Positions 7,217 through 16,282 of a DNA stretch of 47,693 nt are shown here, piece by piece. Location of the stretch: the IMG/VR virus record IMGVR_UViG_3300013128_000003, positions 1 to 47,693 of that record; one strand, 5' to 3'. Origin of the DNA: a virus (Duplodnaviria > Caudoviricetes). Under the pieces are notes generated by a model that was not told the DNA's origin, ran no database searches, and was given only the letters and a program-made list of their open reading frames with translations. The position numbers and the translations under genes are program-made. How positions within the stretch are numbered: position 1 is the first letter of the stretch; each line of letters starts with the position of its first letter.

Positions 7217-7874
7217 AGAATCAGTTAGAATAGATGAACGATCTCTTACCCCAAAACAAATTGAATTATTAAATTTACTACAAAATAAAACAACCAAACT
7301 AGTCTTTATATCTGGCCCAGCTGGAACTTCCAAAACATATACATCAATATTAGCCGGTTTAAACTTATTGAATCAAAAAAGAGTGAGTGAAATAGTTTAT
7401 GTACGAAGCATAGTAGAAAGTAGTGATAGCAAATTAGGATTTTTACCAGGTGAAATGGATGAAAAAATGAGTCCATACATTCAGCCATTGATCGACAAGT
7501 TAGAAGAATTATTGCCAAAACACGACATTGACAAGTTGAAAAAAGAAGAACGCATTCATGGATTTCCAATCAATTTCTTACGCGGTTTGAGTTGGAATGC
7601 TAAATGTATTGTTGCAGATGAAGCGCAAAATATGACTAAAAAAGAGTTAACTACATTAATAACGCGTGTTGGGGAATTTAGTAAGTTATTTATTTGTGGT
7701 GATCCCGATCAAAGTGACATAAATGGTAAGAGTGGATTTGTACCAATGATGAATACGTTTGACGACGAAGAAAGTAGAAATAACGGTGTTTATGTGTTTA
7801 AGTTCACCGAAGAAGATATAGTTAGAAGTGGTTTGATAAAATTTATATTAAAAAAATTAAAAAACGTAGTATAA
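7164..7874 (+). CDS. phoH: PhoH-like ATPase
   Basis: GPAGTSKT Walker A, LGFLPG, FLRG, DEAQN, TRVGE, GDPDQSD, DIVRS. Confidence 0.95.
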   Translation: MSKKKDTSPKVHQNEKIRESVRIDERSLTPKQIELLNLLQNKTTKLVFISGPAGTSKTYTSILAGLNLLNQKRVSEIVYVRSIVESSDSKLGFLPGEMDEKMSPYIQPLIDKLEELLPKHDIDKLKKEERIHGFPINFLRGLSWNAKCIVADEAQNMTKKELTTLITRVGEFSKLFICGDPDQSDINGKSGFVPMMNTFDDEESRNNGVYVFKFTEEDIVRSGLIKFILKKLKNVV

Positions 7875-7894
7875 CTTATAATTATTAGTATAAT

Positions 7895-10267
7895 ATGGCG
7901 ATAGTATCCAATCAAGGTAGATCCGTTACCGAATTACCAACATTAACAGCTGGTAGTATCGGAAATAATGATTTTTTAATCATACAGAACGTTAGTAGCA
8001 ACTCAACTAAAAAGTCAACAATTAATAGCTTTGTACAAAAAACCGGCGTTCTTTTGACAAGCTTTAACAATTTAAACTTTGTAGGGCCAAATAATACATA
8101 TACAGGTTCATTTAGAAGTTTCGAGGGAGACAATTATTCCATAATCAGCCAAAAAGTACCAAATGTATTCAAACGTGCTATAGTAAGTGACTACCTAACT
8201 ATTGGATACAATCCTACAGCTCCTACATTTTTAGGGATATATGCAAAAACTATTAATTTTGATCAAGCTATAGGTGGCGGCGGTAATATATTATTTACAG
8301 GCAACGGTATTGATAGTGAAATTAACATTTTAGATTATCCAGGCGGTCTTATATTAGAGAACACGCCATTAAATATACAACAAATTACTGCTAGTTTAGG
8401 TATTACCAGTAGTTTGAAAGGAAAATTACGTGGAAATGTAACATCAACCACTGGTAAAAGTAGTTTTTACAATGTAGACGTAAATAACAATTTATATGCA
8501 ATTAACGCTGAGCTTGATAGTGTTATAATTACTGGCGGAACAATTGAAAACGTTACAATTAATGGTACATCTATCGGGGGAACAACGCCTGGTATAATAT
8601 CAGGATCTAAGATATATTCTCAAAATGGATTTACTGGAATTTTTACTGGAAGTGGTAATATTTCAATGACGGGTAGTTTAAAAGGTACGTTTTTAGGAAA
8701 TATAACAATAGGAACAGGCACAAGTACATTTAATAACATAACTTCTTCTAGAATTTATTCAACTGTTTCTGTAAAATCGCCGTTATTTATCGGCACATCT
8801 AGTTATTCCTTCAATGGTATTGGTGAGATTTCCGCTTTTACTAGTAGTTACGCACTTACATCCAGCAGATGTATGTCAACTACAGCTGATACAGCTTCGT
8901 ATTTAGTTTGGTCCAATTTAAACACAAATGGTACTGCTAGTTATTCTTATAACGGAAATTTAAAATACTCTTCATTTTCCAGCAGTTATGCACTTACATC
9001 TAGTAAAGCAATAAGCAGTAGTTATTCATTTGAAACCACAACGTCTTCTTATGCTATAAGAGCTTCAAGCGTTGCTGGTACTGTAGATAATGCGATCAAC
9101 GCATTAACAGCTGATTCTGCTACAACATCTTTGACCGCTTCTTATTTATTAAAAGGTGCATTAAATAGTTCTAGTGCTGTTCCTTATTTTGATGGTACTA
9201 GATTGACCACTTCGCCGTTATTCTATAAAAATGAAAGTGGACAGATTAATTTTTATATATCCGCTTCTGCTAAATATGGTCAGTCTAATTTTATAGTTTT
9301 AAATAGAGGATCAGGTACATCCAACGCAGCGGGACTAGTATTACAAAATAAAAATAGATCAAAAGGATATCCAAATCAAGACCAATGGTATATTCAATCT
9401 GTTACTAGTGGTAGCTTAACTTTAAGCATAACAACAGGTTCATATCATCTTAAAAATGCTACTATAACGTCAAGAACAACGAATACAGCTGGAACTATGG
9501 CGGCTATGAAACACATGAGAAATGGTTTCTATTTTTGGCCATATATTTACACTGATTCAGCTGCTAGAGATGGTGCTGTAGGTATCGGAGTTACTCCTCC
9601 ACATGAACCAACTGGTTCTATAAATAAATATTTACTTGCTAAGTTGCATATTAGAATGTTTAGTGGCAGTAATCAGGCCGCAAATGTTGCTGGATCAGTA
9701 TTAGCAGGAAATTTTATAAATGGTGCTCCTGTGGGAGTAGAAAATAAACAAACAGCAATTTTGGTTCAATATGGATCAAGTAGTTTTTCAAATACATTTT
9801 ACGTATCAAGTAGTGGAAATATACGTGCTTATGGATCTATAAGTGGTAGTAAAATGTATTCTTATGGAAGTATAAAAGTAGATAATGGATCTTTTATTTC
9901 CAAAACTGATAGTGCTATTTTAACAGGATCATTCAAGGGCAATTATCAACAAGATTATACAACAGTAAGTGCTACAGTTGCGGCCGCAACCACTAATTTG
10001 AGTTTTGATGACTATGATTTTATTTATCTAACTGCTACTGCAGCTCAAACATTTAATGTAAACTTGACGCAAAAGAAAGTGTGTTATTTATATTTCTATA
10101 ATAATAGCGGAGGTACATCTTTTACTTGGAGCACAAGTACATCAAACTCATTAAAGTGGCCAGGAGCATCGGCCTTAAATCCTGCAAATGGAGCTAGAGA
10201 TCTATATTCCGTAGTTTTAATGGGTGGCGAAATTCTAATAACCAGAATAGGTGCTTCTTATTCTTAA
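7895..10267 (+). CDS. tail fibre-like structural protein
   Basis: 790 aa, S/T/G-rich; T(S/A)SY(A/S/L) repeats; N-terminal SVTELP module; C-terminal KWPG...P...RDLYS beta domain typical of fibre tips. Confidence 0.75.
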   Translation: MAIVSNQGRSVTELPTLTAGSIGNNDFLIIQNVSSNSTKKSTINSFVQKTGVLLTSFNNLNFVGPNNTYTGSFRSFEGDNYSIISQKVPNVFKRAIVSDYLTIGYNPTAPTFLGIYAKTINFDQAIGGGGNILFTGNGIDSEINILDYPGGLILENTPLNIQQITASLGITSSLKGKLRGNVTSTTGKSSFYNVDVNNNLYAINAELDSVIITGGTIENVTINGTSIGGTTPGIISGSKIYSQNGFTGIFTGSGNISMTGSLKGTFLGNITIGTGTSTFNNITSSRIYSTVSVKSPLFIGTSSYSFNGIGEISAFTSSYALTSSRCMSTTADTASYLVWSNLNTNGTASYSYNGNLKYSSFSSSYALTSSKAISSSYSFETTTSSYAIRASSVAGTVDNAINALTADSATTSLTASYLLKGALNSSSAVPYFDGTRLTTSPLFYKNESGQINFYISASAKYGQSNFIVLNRGSGTSNAAGLVLQNKNRSKGYPNQDQWYIQSVTSGSLTLSITTGSYHLKNATITSRTTNTAGTMAAMKHMRNGFYFWPYIYTDSAARDGAVGIGVTPPHEPTGSINKYLLAKLHIRMFSGSNQAANVAGSVLAGNFINGAPVGVENKQTAILVQYGSSSFSNTFYVSSSGNIRAYGSISGSKMYSYGSIKVDNGSFISKTDSAILTGSFKGNYQQDYTTVSATVAAATTNLSFDDYDFIYLTATAAQTFNVNLTQKKVCYLYFYNNSGGTSFTWSTSTSNSLKWPGASALNPANGARDLYSVVLMGGEILITRIGASYS

Positions 10268-10274
10268 TAGTTTA

Positions 10275-10282
10275 TATTTATA
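10275..10282 (+). promoter_or_regulatory. putative late promoter TATTTATA
   Basis: 4 nt before ATG 10287. Confidence 0.6.
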
Positions 10283-10286
10283 AAAT

Positions 10287-10826
10287 ATGTCAACTCCGTG
10301 CAATAGTTTAAATGTTCAACTAATTAAGGTAAGTGAACTTGCTAATTATACAAACATAAAAAATGCAGATCAATTGATGGTTGTAGAAAATACAGATGGT
10401 ACAAAGTTTTCTAGAAAATCTAATTTGTCTGATATCAAAACTTATGTAAATTCAGGAGGTATTTCTGGATATACTACTTCATTGTTCAATTCTACTACTG
10501 ATGTGAATAGTTTTTATACGAGAAACACTAATGTTTTTTCTTTTTCACACGGATTTTCTTCAGTACCATCTTTGGTCAGAGTGGTTTTAAAGTGTGATGC
10601 AAATGATGGAAGATTTGTTATTAATCAAGAAGTAGACGTATCAACATTTTATAATAATCAAACCAAACCAATTTGCAATATTGTATCAGATTCTAGCAAT
10701 GTATTGATAATAGTTCCTACATATACTACTATTACTACATATGATTATAATAGCACCACTAGTGTTATTACAGAATATACTATTGACCCAACCAAATGGT
10801 ACATTAAAATATACGCCTGGAAGTAA
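10287..10826 (+). CDS. short tail fibre-associated protein
   Basis: N-terminal KVSEL module shared with neighbours; FSHGFSSVPSLVRV beta domain. Confidence 0.7.
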   Translation: MSTPCNSLNVQLIKVSELANYTNIKNADQLMVVENTDGTKFSRKSNLSDIKTYVNSGGISGYTTSLFNSTTDVNSFYTRNTNVFSFSHGFSSVPSLVRVVLKCDANDGRFVINQEVDVSTFYNNQTKPICNIVSDSSNVLIIVPTYTTITTYDYNSTTSVITEYTIDPTKWYIKIYAWK

Positions 10827-10828
10827 AT

Positions 10829-12301
10829 ATGTCAACCACCTGTAATTTAATACAACAAGTAAAAGTTAGTGACTTAGTAAGATATAATGCTCTAACAGCT
10901 AAAGATTTAATACTGACCATTGAGTCAGGATCATCAAATGATTTATATTCTAGAAAAAGCACATTTGGGGATGTAGTTGATTTTCTATCAAATGTTACGG
11001 GATCATACACAGGAAGCTTTTCTGGTTCAGCAAAGACATTAAAAGGCATTTTCACCGGAAGTTTCACAGGTAGTTTTAAAGGTTTAACTACTGGTATTTT
11101 CAGCGGAAAAAGTACAGGCAGTTTTACAGGCAGTTTTAAAGGTTTAACTACTGGTAAGTCAGTTACTTCTGGATCTTTGAGTGGAAGTTTTTATGGATCT
11201 TTACTATCTAAAAAAGCAAATTTATCTGGTAGTTTTAGCGGTAGTTTATTTGGATCTTTAGTAAGTAAAAATTCTAAATTAACAGGAAGTTTTAATGGTG
11301 TAACAAGAGGTCGTTTTTCAGGAAGTGTATCAGCTAGTATAAAAGGTTATATTAGTGCTTCCAATCATTATAACGCAAATAAAAAAGTAGCATTTTATGG
11401 TACGGCTAGTTGTGCTAAAACCGCATCCTATGCTTTGAATCTTGGGGGATTAGTATCTGGAACAGGTACTTCAAATCAATTTACTTATTGGTCTGGTACA
11501 AGTACGTTGGAATCTACCAATTATATTGTAAGAAATAGCACTATTAATAATTTAGGTAGTATGCCTGCGGGTAGAATTACGGTCAATAACCCATTACAAT
11601 TTAATGCTGTCGGAGAACAAATAATACAATATTCATCCTCTGGAAATTCAATTTATGGATTGGGATTGCAAAATGGAAATAACTATTTAAGAACTACAGC
11701 TAATTTTGCGATTTATTATTCTGGATCACACGTTAATAGTAGTTTTCTTACCGGCAAAGATATAACTTGGCAATCTGGTAAATCAGGATGGGGAGTACTA
11801 GGAATTAGACAAAGATTATTAAGTGTTGGTAATGTTGTAAGTTCTGATAATGTTAATGCACAATTACATTTACATTTAAGTGGTTCAACAGGTTGGCCAA
11901 CTGGTTATAATCCAAATACAAATGTATTTTTAATTACATCAGGTAGTAATCAAACAAAATTGTTACGCGTAAGCGGAAGTGGTCAATTAGATGTAAGAGG
12001 AGACATAGTAGCACTTTCTACATTTGCAACTTCCGATTATAGATTGAAAGAAAATATAAAGCCGTTGGAAAACGGTTTGGATAAAATAAATCAAATAAAT
12101 CCTATTGAATTTATCTGGAAATCAAACAAGAAAAAAGACTATGGCGTTATTGCTCAAGAAATAGAAGCTTTATATCCAGACTTTGTTTCGGAAAATTTGG
12201 AGGGGTATAAAGTTGTTAAATACAATCCTCTCGTTGCTTTATTAATAAAATCTATTCAGGAATTACACAAAGAAGTTCAAGAACTTAAAAATAAAAATTG
12301 A
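10829..12301 (+). CDS. tail fibre with C-terminal peptidase S74 intramolecular chaperone
   Basis: GSF(T/S/K)G repeats; SDYRLKENI cleavage motif, GVIAQEIE, terminal coiled coil. Confidence 0.9.
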   Translation: MSTTCNLIQQVKVSDLVRYNALTAKDLILTIESGSSNDLYSRKSTFGDVVDFLSNVTGSYTGSFSGSAKTLKGIFTGSFTGSFKGLTTGIFSGKSTGSFTGSFKGLTTGKSVTSGSLSGSFYGSLLSKKANLSGSFSGSLFGSLVSKNSKLTGSFNGVTRGRFSGSVSASIKGYISASNHYNANKKVAFYGTASCAKTASYALNLGGLVSGTGTSNQFTYWSGTSTLESTNYIVRNSTINNLGSMPAGRITVNNPLQFNAVGEQIIQYSSSGNSIYGLGLQNGNNYLRTTANFAIYYSGSHVNSSFLTGKDITWQSGKSGWGVLGIRQRLLSVGNVVSSDNVNAQLHLHLSGSTGWPTGYNPNTNVFLITSGSNQTKLLRVSGSGQLDVRGDIVALSTFATSDYRLKENIKPLENGLDKINQINPIEFIWKSNKKKDYGVIAQEIEALYPDFVSENLEGYKVVKYNPLVALLIKSIQELHKEVQELKNKN

Positions 12302-12321
12302 ATTTGATATATATAGGGTAT

Positions 12322-15207
12322 ATGCCTGTAAATATATTAAATCGATTCGGACCATTGAGTTTTAAAAGTCAGACTAATAATACTGAAAATCTTTCTATAA
12401 ACAGTTTATTAAGTAACTTTTACAACCCAGGATCTAATAATTTTTCATTATCACAGAGTTATTATCAAATTGAGAATAGAGTTGGTAATCCAAATACAGA
12501 CACTAAAACAATTAATATAACTAATCCACTTGGCGCTGGCTTTATAAACAAAGACAATAATCGACCAATAAAATTTAGTGAGTTTTATGGATCATCATTT
12601 TTTAGCAGTTCATTTAAAGTGGAAGCTTCTACGGGTATATCAACTGTAAAAATTTATTCTCCGAGTGTAATTCAAAATAATAATTTTTTAACAAATAATA
12701 TACAAGACAAAGTTTATCAATATACGTTATATTCAAAATCAGATGTTACAATTCCAATTGCTGATTCAGGATGGAATAAAGTTTTTTCATATGCCAAATC
12801 AGGAGATAACACAGAACAATTTTATAATTTGGTAAATACAAAAGCTTATAAATTAATCGCTAAGGATTGTCTTTCAAATGCATTTAGTTCAAGTATGTTT
12901 ATTGGTACGTGCGCTAGTAGTGTTACCGATAATACTACTTATACATATAATATAACTGCGGCAGATCTACCTACAGCTAGTTCATTATTGTTACAAAAAA
13001 TAAATGAAGACAAAGTTGTTAATCAATACACAAACACAAAGTTGACGGATCTATCTAATATATTAACCAACTTAAATAATTTATTACAAAACCCAAATAT
13101 ATCTACATTTAAGTCTTCAGGTCAACTTTTACCTACTATCGTTTACAAAGATAACCTAGGATATAATAGAACATTAAACTTCGATGGACTGATTTTGCAA
13201 AAATCAAATGTACCAAATGGAACTTTAGGGTATTTTTATATAGGTTTAGTAACGGCTACAAGTTCGGGCGGTACAAATCCAACATTTGAATATGCATTTG
13301 AAAATACATCAACCTTTGGAAAAATAACTTTGTATATTATAGGCACTCAAGATTCAAGTGGAACATCTTGTACACCACCGCCGGCGCCGACAACAGTTGG
13401 AAATTTTCCAACCAATATTTCATTTACAGGCCCGAGATGCGGTTATTTAGATTGCGGTGATGGTTATACTCAACCAGTGTGTAATCCAACTTCCACCACG
13501 CAAATAAAACATAGTGGTAGCTTCATAATCACGAATAATAACAATGCGGAAATGTTAGCTACTATAAGTCCAACTTGGACAAAGTTAGACGGTACTCCAT
13601 TAGATTCACTTGTAAGTACTGTATCTTTTACCCCCACAGGAATGTTTTCTATTCTCGCTAATAGTACTAAAAAAATAAGTATTGGTTTCGGTTTATCGGA
13701 TTATCAAAATACACTTCAACCAAAAACTTTTACGGCTAAAGGTTCGGTTAATCTAACATTACCACTGGGATATTCTCCACAATCGCAAAATTGTGAAATT
13801 TTAGCTAATTTTGATAAAAATTCATGTAATATAAGTTTGCCTCTTAAACAAACATGGATTACACCTAGTTCTTGGCAAGCTGTGGGAAATCAGTTATCTT
13901 GCAATTCAAATCCAAATTCTGCTCAGATTATATCAAATCCGTCTTCTACAATTCAAGTGAGACACAGTGGTAGTTTTACAATAACAAATAATTTCATCAA
14001 ACCAATTACATTTACATTTAATAAAAATAATTGGCAAAATCAAAATGGAACTACTATAAATCCATTACTTACTCCAATTGAAATGGATCCGGATTCGCCA
14101 ATTACTTTACAACCAAATCAGAGTAAAAAAATATCCGTATCATTTGGAAAAGCTAACTATAACAATCCAAGTCAACCAGCTACAGTTGATTTAAGATGTC
14201 CGTTTACTGCTACAACAGATGCCGATTTTTATATAAATCCAGTCACTGAGAATTATTTTTATTTTTCCTCAGATAAAAATAGTTGTGTTGTTGTCAATCT
14301 TAAAACGCCAAATTGGCCTGTAAGTATAGGTTTGGGCGGAGATAATGCTATAAATTGTGATTGTGGAACATCAACTTCGCCGCAAGTATGTGATCCTACA
14401 CTTTTAACACAAATAAAACATACTGGCAGTTTCATAATTACAAATAACAATCCTGATTCTATGACCATTACGTTGAATCAAAACTGGACCAATAATGATG
14501 GAAGTGTATTAAATTCACTTTTATTGCCTATTATTATCGATCCGCAATCTCCTATTTCGATTGAACCTTATAAATCTAAAAAAATAAGCATCGGCGTTGG
14601 AATTTCAAACTATACAAACGAAAGTCAACCTAAAAGTATAGATATAAAAAATTTAGCAGTCGCTTCTTTACCTGCTGGTTACACGGAAACGTCAAAAGAC
14701 GTATCAATTAGATTTTCGTCCGATAAAGATAAATGCAAAAAACAAGTTGTTGTACCTGTTGCTCCTCCAGTAGTTACACCTGTTACTAGTAATTTAGGGT
14801 GTATAAGTTATAATCCTCGTATGCTTGAAAGTTGGACGCAAATAAAACTTAGAACGGTGGTAACAATTGCATATAAAACTGGTACATCCGCTGATAAAAC
14901 TTTTGCCAAAGCAGTTGTTAATGCTTTGCCAAATTTAGGATGTACATTACCAACAAGTATAACACAAGATGGTTATTCAGTTGGTATCAATTGGACTTTG
15001 GATAATGAAGGGGAACAAAGTTATGCATGTACAACAGGGACATCAGGTCAATTTTCAGGCACTTATACAGTTGTAACAACCAATGCCATATTAGGAAGTG
15101 CAAATTTTTATATATTGTTCTTAAGAAAAAACAATAATAATCTAGACGGTGAAAATTACATTAATTTGTGTCAGACAGGTGGTGTTTCGTCAAGTGGTGG
15201 AGGGTGA
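12322..15207 (+). CDS. tail fibre tip adhesin-like protein with three Cys-containing beta-rich repeats; frame continues through TGA into a Hint domain
   Basis: ATG 12322 preferred (TATATATA 6 nt upstream) over the TTG track start; IKFSEFYG motif; three about 151-aa repeats; ends SSGGG-TGA. Confidence 0.8.
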   Translation: MPVNILNRFGPLSFKSQTNNTENLSINSLLSNFYNPGSNNFSLSQSYYQIENRVGNPNTDTKTINITNPLGAGFINKDNNRPIKFSEFYGSSFFSSSFKVEASTGISTVKIYSPSVIQNNNFLTNNIQDKVYQYTLYSKSDVTIPIADSGWNKVFSYAKSGDNTEQFYNLVNTKAYKLIAKDCLSNAFSSSMFIGTCASSVTDNTTYTYNITAADLPTASSLLLQKINEDKVVNQYTNTKLTDLSNILTNLNNLLQNPNISTFKSSGQLLPTIVYKDNLGYNRTLNFDGLILQKSNVPNGTLGYFYIGLVTATSSGGTNPTFEYAFENTSTFGKITLYIIGTQDSSGTSCTPPPAPTTVGNFPTNISFTGPRCGYLDCGDGYTQPVCNPTSTTQIKHSGSFIITNNNNAEMLATISPTWTKLDGTPLDSLVSTVSFTPTGMFSILANSTKKISIGFGLSDYQNTLQPKTFTAKGSVNLTLPLGYSPQSQNCEILANFDKNSCNISLPLKQTWITPSSWQAVGNQLSCNSNPNSAQIISNPSSTIQVRHSGSFTITNNFIKPITFTFNKNNWQNQNGTTINPLLTPIEMDPDSPITLQPNQSKKISVSFGKANYNNPSQPATVDLRCPFTATTDADFYINPVTENYFYFSSDKNSCVVVNLKTPNWPVSIGLGGDNAINCDCGTSTSPQVCDPTLLTQIKHTGSFIITNNNPDSMTITLNQNWTNNDGSVLNSLLLPIIIDPQSPISIEPYKSKKISIGVGISNYTNESQPKSIDIKNLAVASLPAGYTETSKDVSIRFSSDKDKCKKQVVVPVAPPVVTPVTSNLGCISYNPRMLESWTQIKLRTVVTIAYKTGTSADKTFAKAVVNALPNLGCTLPTSITQDGYSVGINWTLDNEGEQSYACTTGTSGQFSGTYTVVTTNAILGSANFYILFLRKNNNNLDGENYINLCQTGGVSSSGGG
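13390..14736 (+). repeat. three tandem protein domain repeats (about 151 aa)
   Basis: Q(I/V)(K/R)H(S/T)GSF.ITNN at 13501, 13954, 14410; each followed by KKIS.(G/S).G and DK..C. Confidence 0.9.
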
Positions 15208-15606
15208 CCAGCTGCTTGGCAATTGATGGAAACTTTAGAACGAGGATTTATACCCGCTAGAGAAATTGAAATAGGTATGCATCTTCGTGACACTGAATTT
15301 GGTAAATGGAATAAAGTAAGTAAAGCGTACATTGATAGAGCGCCAATATATAGAACAATTATTGATGGACAAATATTTGACGTTGATAATAGTCACAAAT
15401 GGTACATTGGAAACGGAGAATGGACAACTGTTACAGAGATTAAAAAAGGCGATAAACTCGAAAATGTAACAGGTGAAAAATTAACTGTAACTGATAATTT
15501 TGTGTTATATGAAAACGAAGAATTTATGCATTTAAACTGTGAAAATAGTAGATTTGTTATGGGAACTGGTATTATTGGTCACAATTTTCCATTTCAAAAA
15601 TTTTAA
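15205..15606 (+). CDS. Hint (intein-like/BIL) domain whose Cys1 codon is TGA
   Basis: [TGA]PAAWQLMETLERGFIPAREIEIGMHL fits block A; DNSH block B; WTTVTEIKKGDKL; GIIGHN block G; in frame with the upstream gene. Confidence 0.85.
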
Positions 15607-15618
15607 TTTTTTTTGATA

Positions 15619-15648
15619 TTGACAACTATATATTACTGATGGTAAAGT
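15619..15648 (+). promoter_or_regulatory. possible sigma70-type promoter of hsp20 (TTGACA-N18-TAAAGT, TG extension)
   Basis: Consensus -35, weaker -10. Confidence 0.45.
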
Positions 15649-15722
15649 ACTATCACGGCAATGCTCGAGTGAGGTTGCTAAGATAATAAGTTCAATAGAA
15701 TTATTAAAAGAAAGGTAAATAT

Positions 15723-16208
15723 ATGGCAGTAATTAAATATAGTAGTCCGTTTACATTGCGTCACATTGACCGTGACGAATTTCTAACTCCGTTTGATCGT
15801 GTATTTGATGAAGTATTCGCAAATCACTTTCCTGAATTAACAAAAGAACTTGGAGTTGGATTCTTCGAAAAACAGAGTTATCCCCGTGTAGATGTAGTTG
15901 ATTATAATGATCGTGTGGAAATTTTAGCGGAAATTCCAGGTCTAAGTAAAGACGAAGTATCGGTTGAAGTACAAGAAAATGTACTTACCATTAGTGGTCA
16001 AAAGATCAAAAATGTGGAAGATAAAGAATCTACTGGAAAATATATTCGTAGAGAGTTGAAACATAGTAGTTTTAAACGTAGTTTCACTCTTGGTGATCAG
16101 ATTGATAAATCAGAACCACAAGCAAAATTTGAAAATGGTTTATTAAAAGTAACACTAGCAAAAATAAAGCCGGTTATTCCGGTAACTAAGAAAGTAAAGA
16201 TTGGTTAA
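15723..16208 (+). CDS. hsp20: small heat shock protein (Hsp20/alpha-crystallin)
   Basis: YPRVDV, AEIPG, LTISG, RRE...SFKRSFTL, AKFENGLLKVTL, C-terminal V-x-I; Shine-Dalgarno AGAAAGGT. Confidence 0.95.
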   Translation: MAVIKYSSPFTLRHIDRDEFLTPFDRVFDEVFANHFPELTKELGVGFFEKQSYPRVDVVDYNDRVEILAEIPGLSKDEVSVEVQENVLTISGQKIKNVEDKESTGKYIRRELKHSSFKRSFTLGDQIDKSEPQAKFENGLLKVTLAKIKPVIPVTKKVKIG

Positions 16209-16232
16209 GTAATATTCAATCAAGGTTATATT

Positions 16233-16268
16233 AAACCCCGTTATTAATAACGGGGTTTTTATTTTTTT
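16233..16268 (+). terminator. intrinsic terminator
   Basis: AAACCCCGTTA-loop-TAACGGGGTTT plus T tract. Confidence 0.9.
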
Positions 16269-16271
16269 AGA

Positions 16272-16279
16272 TATTTATA
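16272..16279 (+). promoter_or_regulatory. putative late promoter TATTTATA
   Basis: 3 nt before ATG 16283, directly after a terminator. Confidence 0.6.
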
Positions 16280-16282
16280 GAT

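Noticed and set aside
7895-15207. Diversity-generating retroelement or invertible cassette acting on fibre genes
   Set aside because: No reverse transcriptase, recombinase, adenine-variant repeat pair or flanking inverted repeats seen in this window.
15223-15606. Hint ORF as a stand-alone 127-aa gene
   Set aside because: It would lack the first residues of block A including the nucleophile; the Hint pattern extends back precisely to the TGA. Separate reinitiation cannot be excluded but would give an inactive domain.
15655-15681. CIRCE (HrcA operator) upstream of hsp20
   Set aside because: Spacing is right and the right arm matches 7/9, but the left arm matches only 4/9; an RNA hairpin explains the symmetry better.
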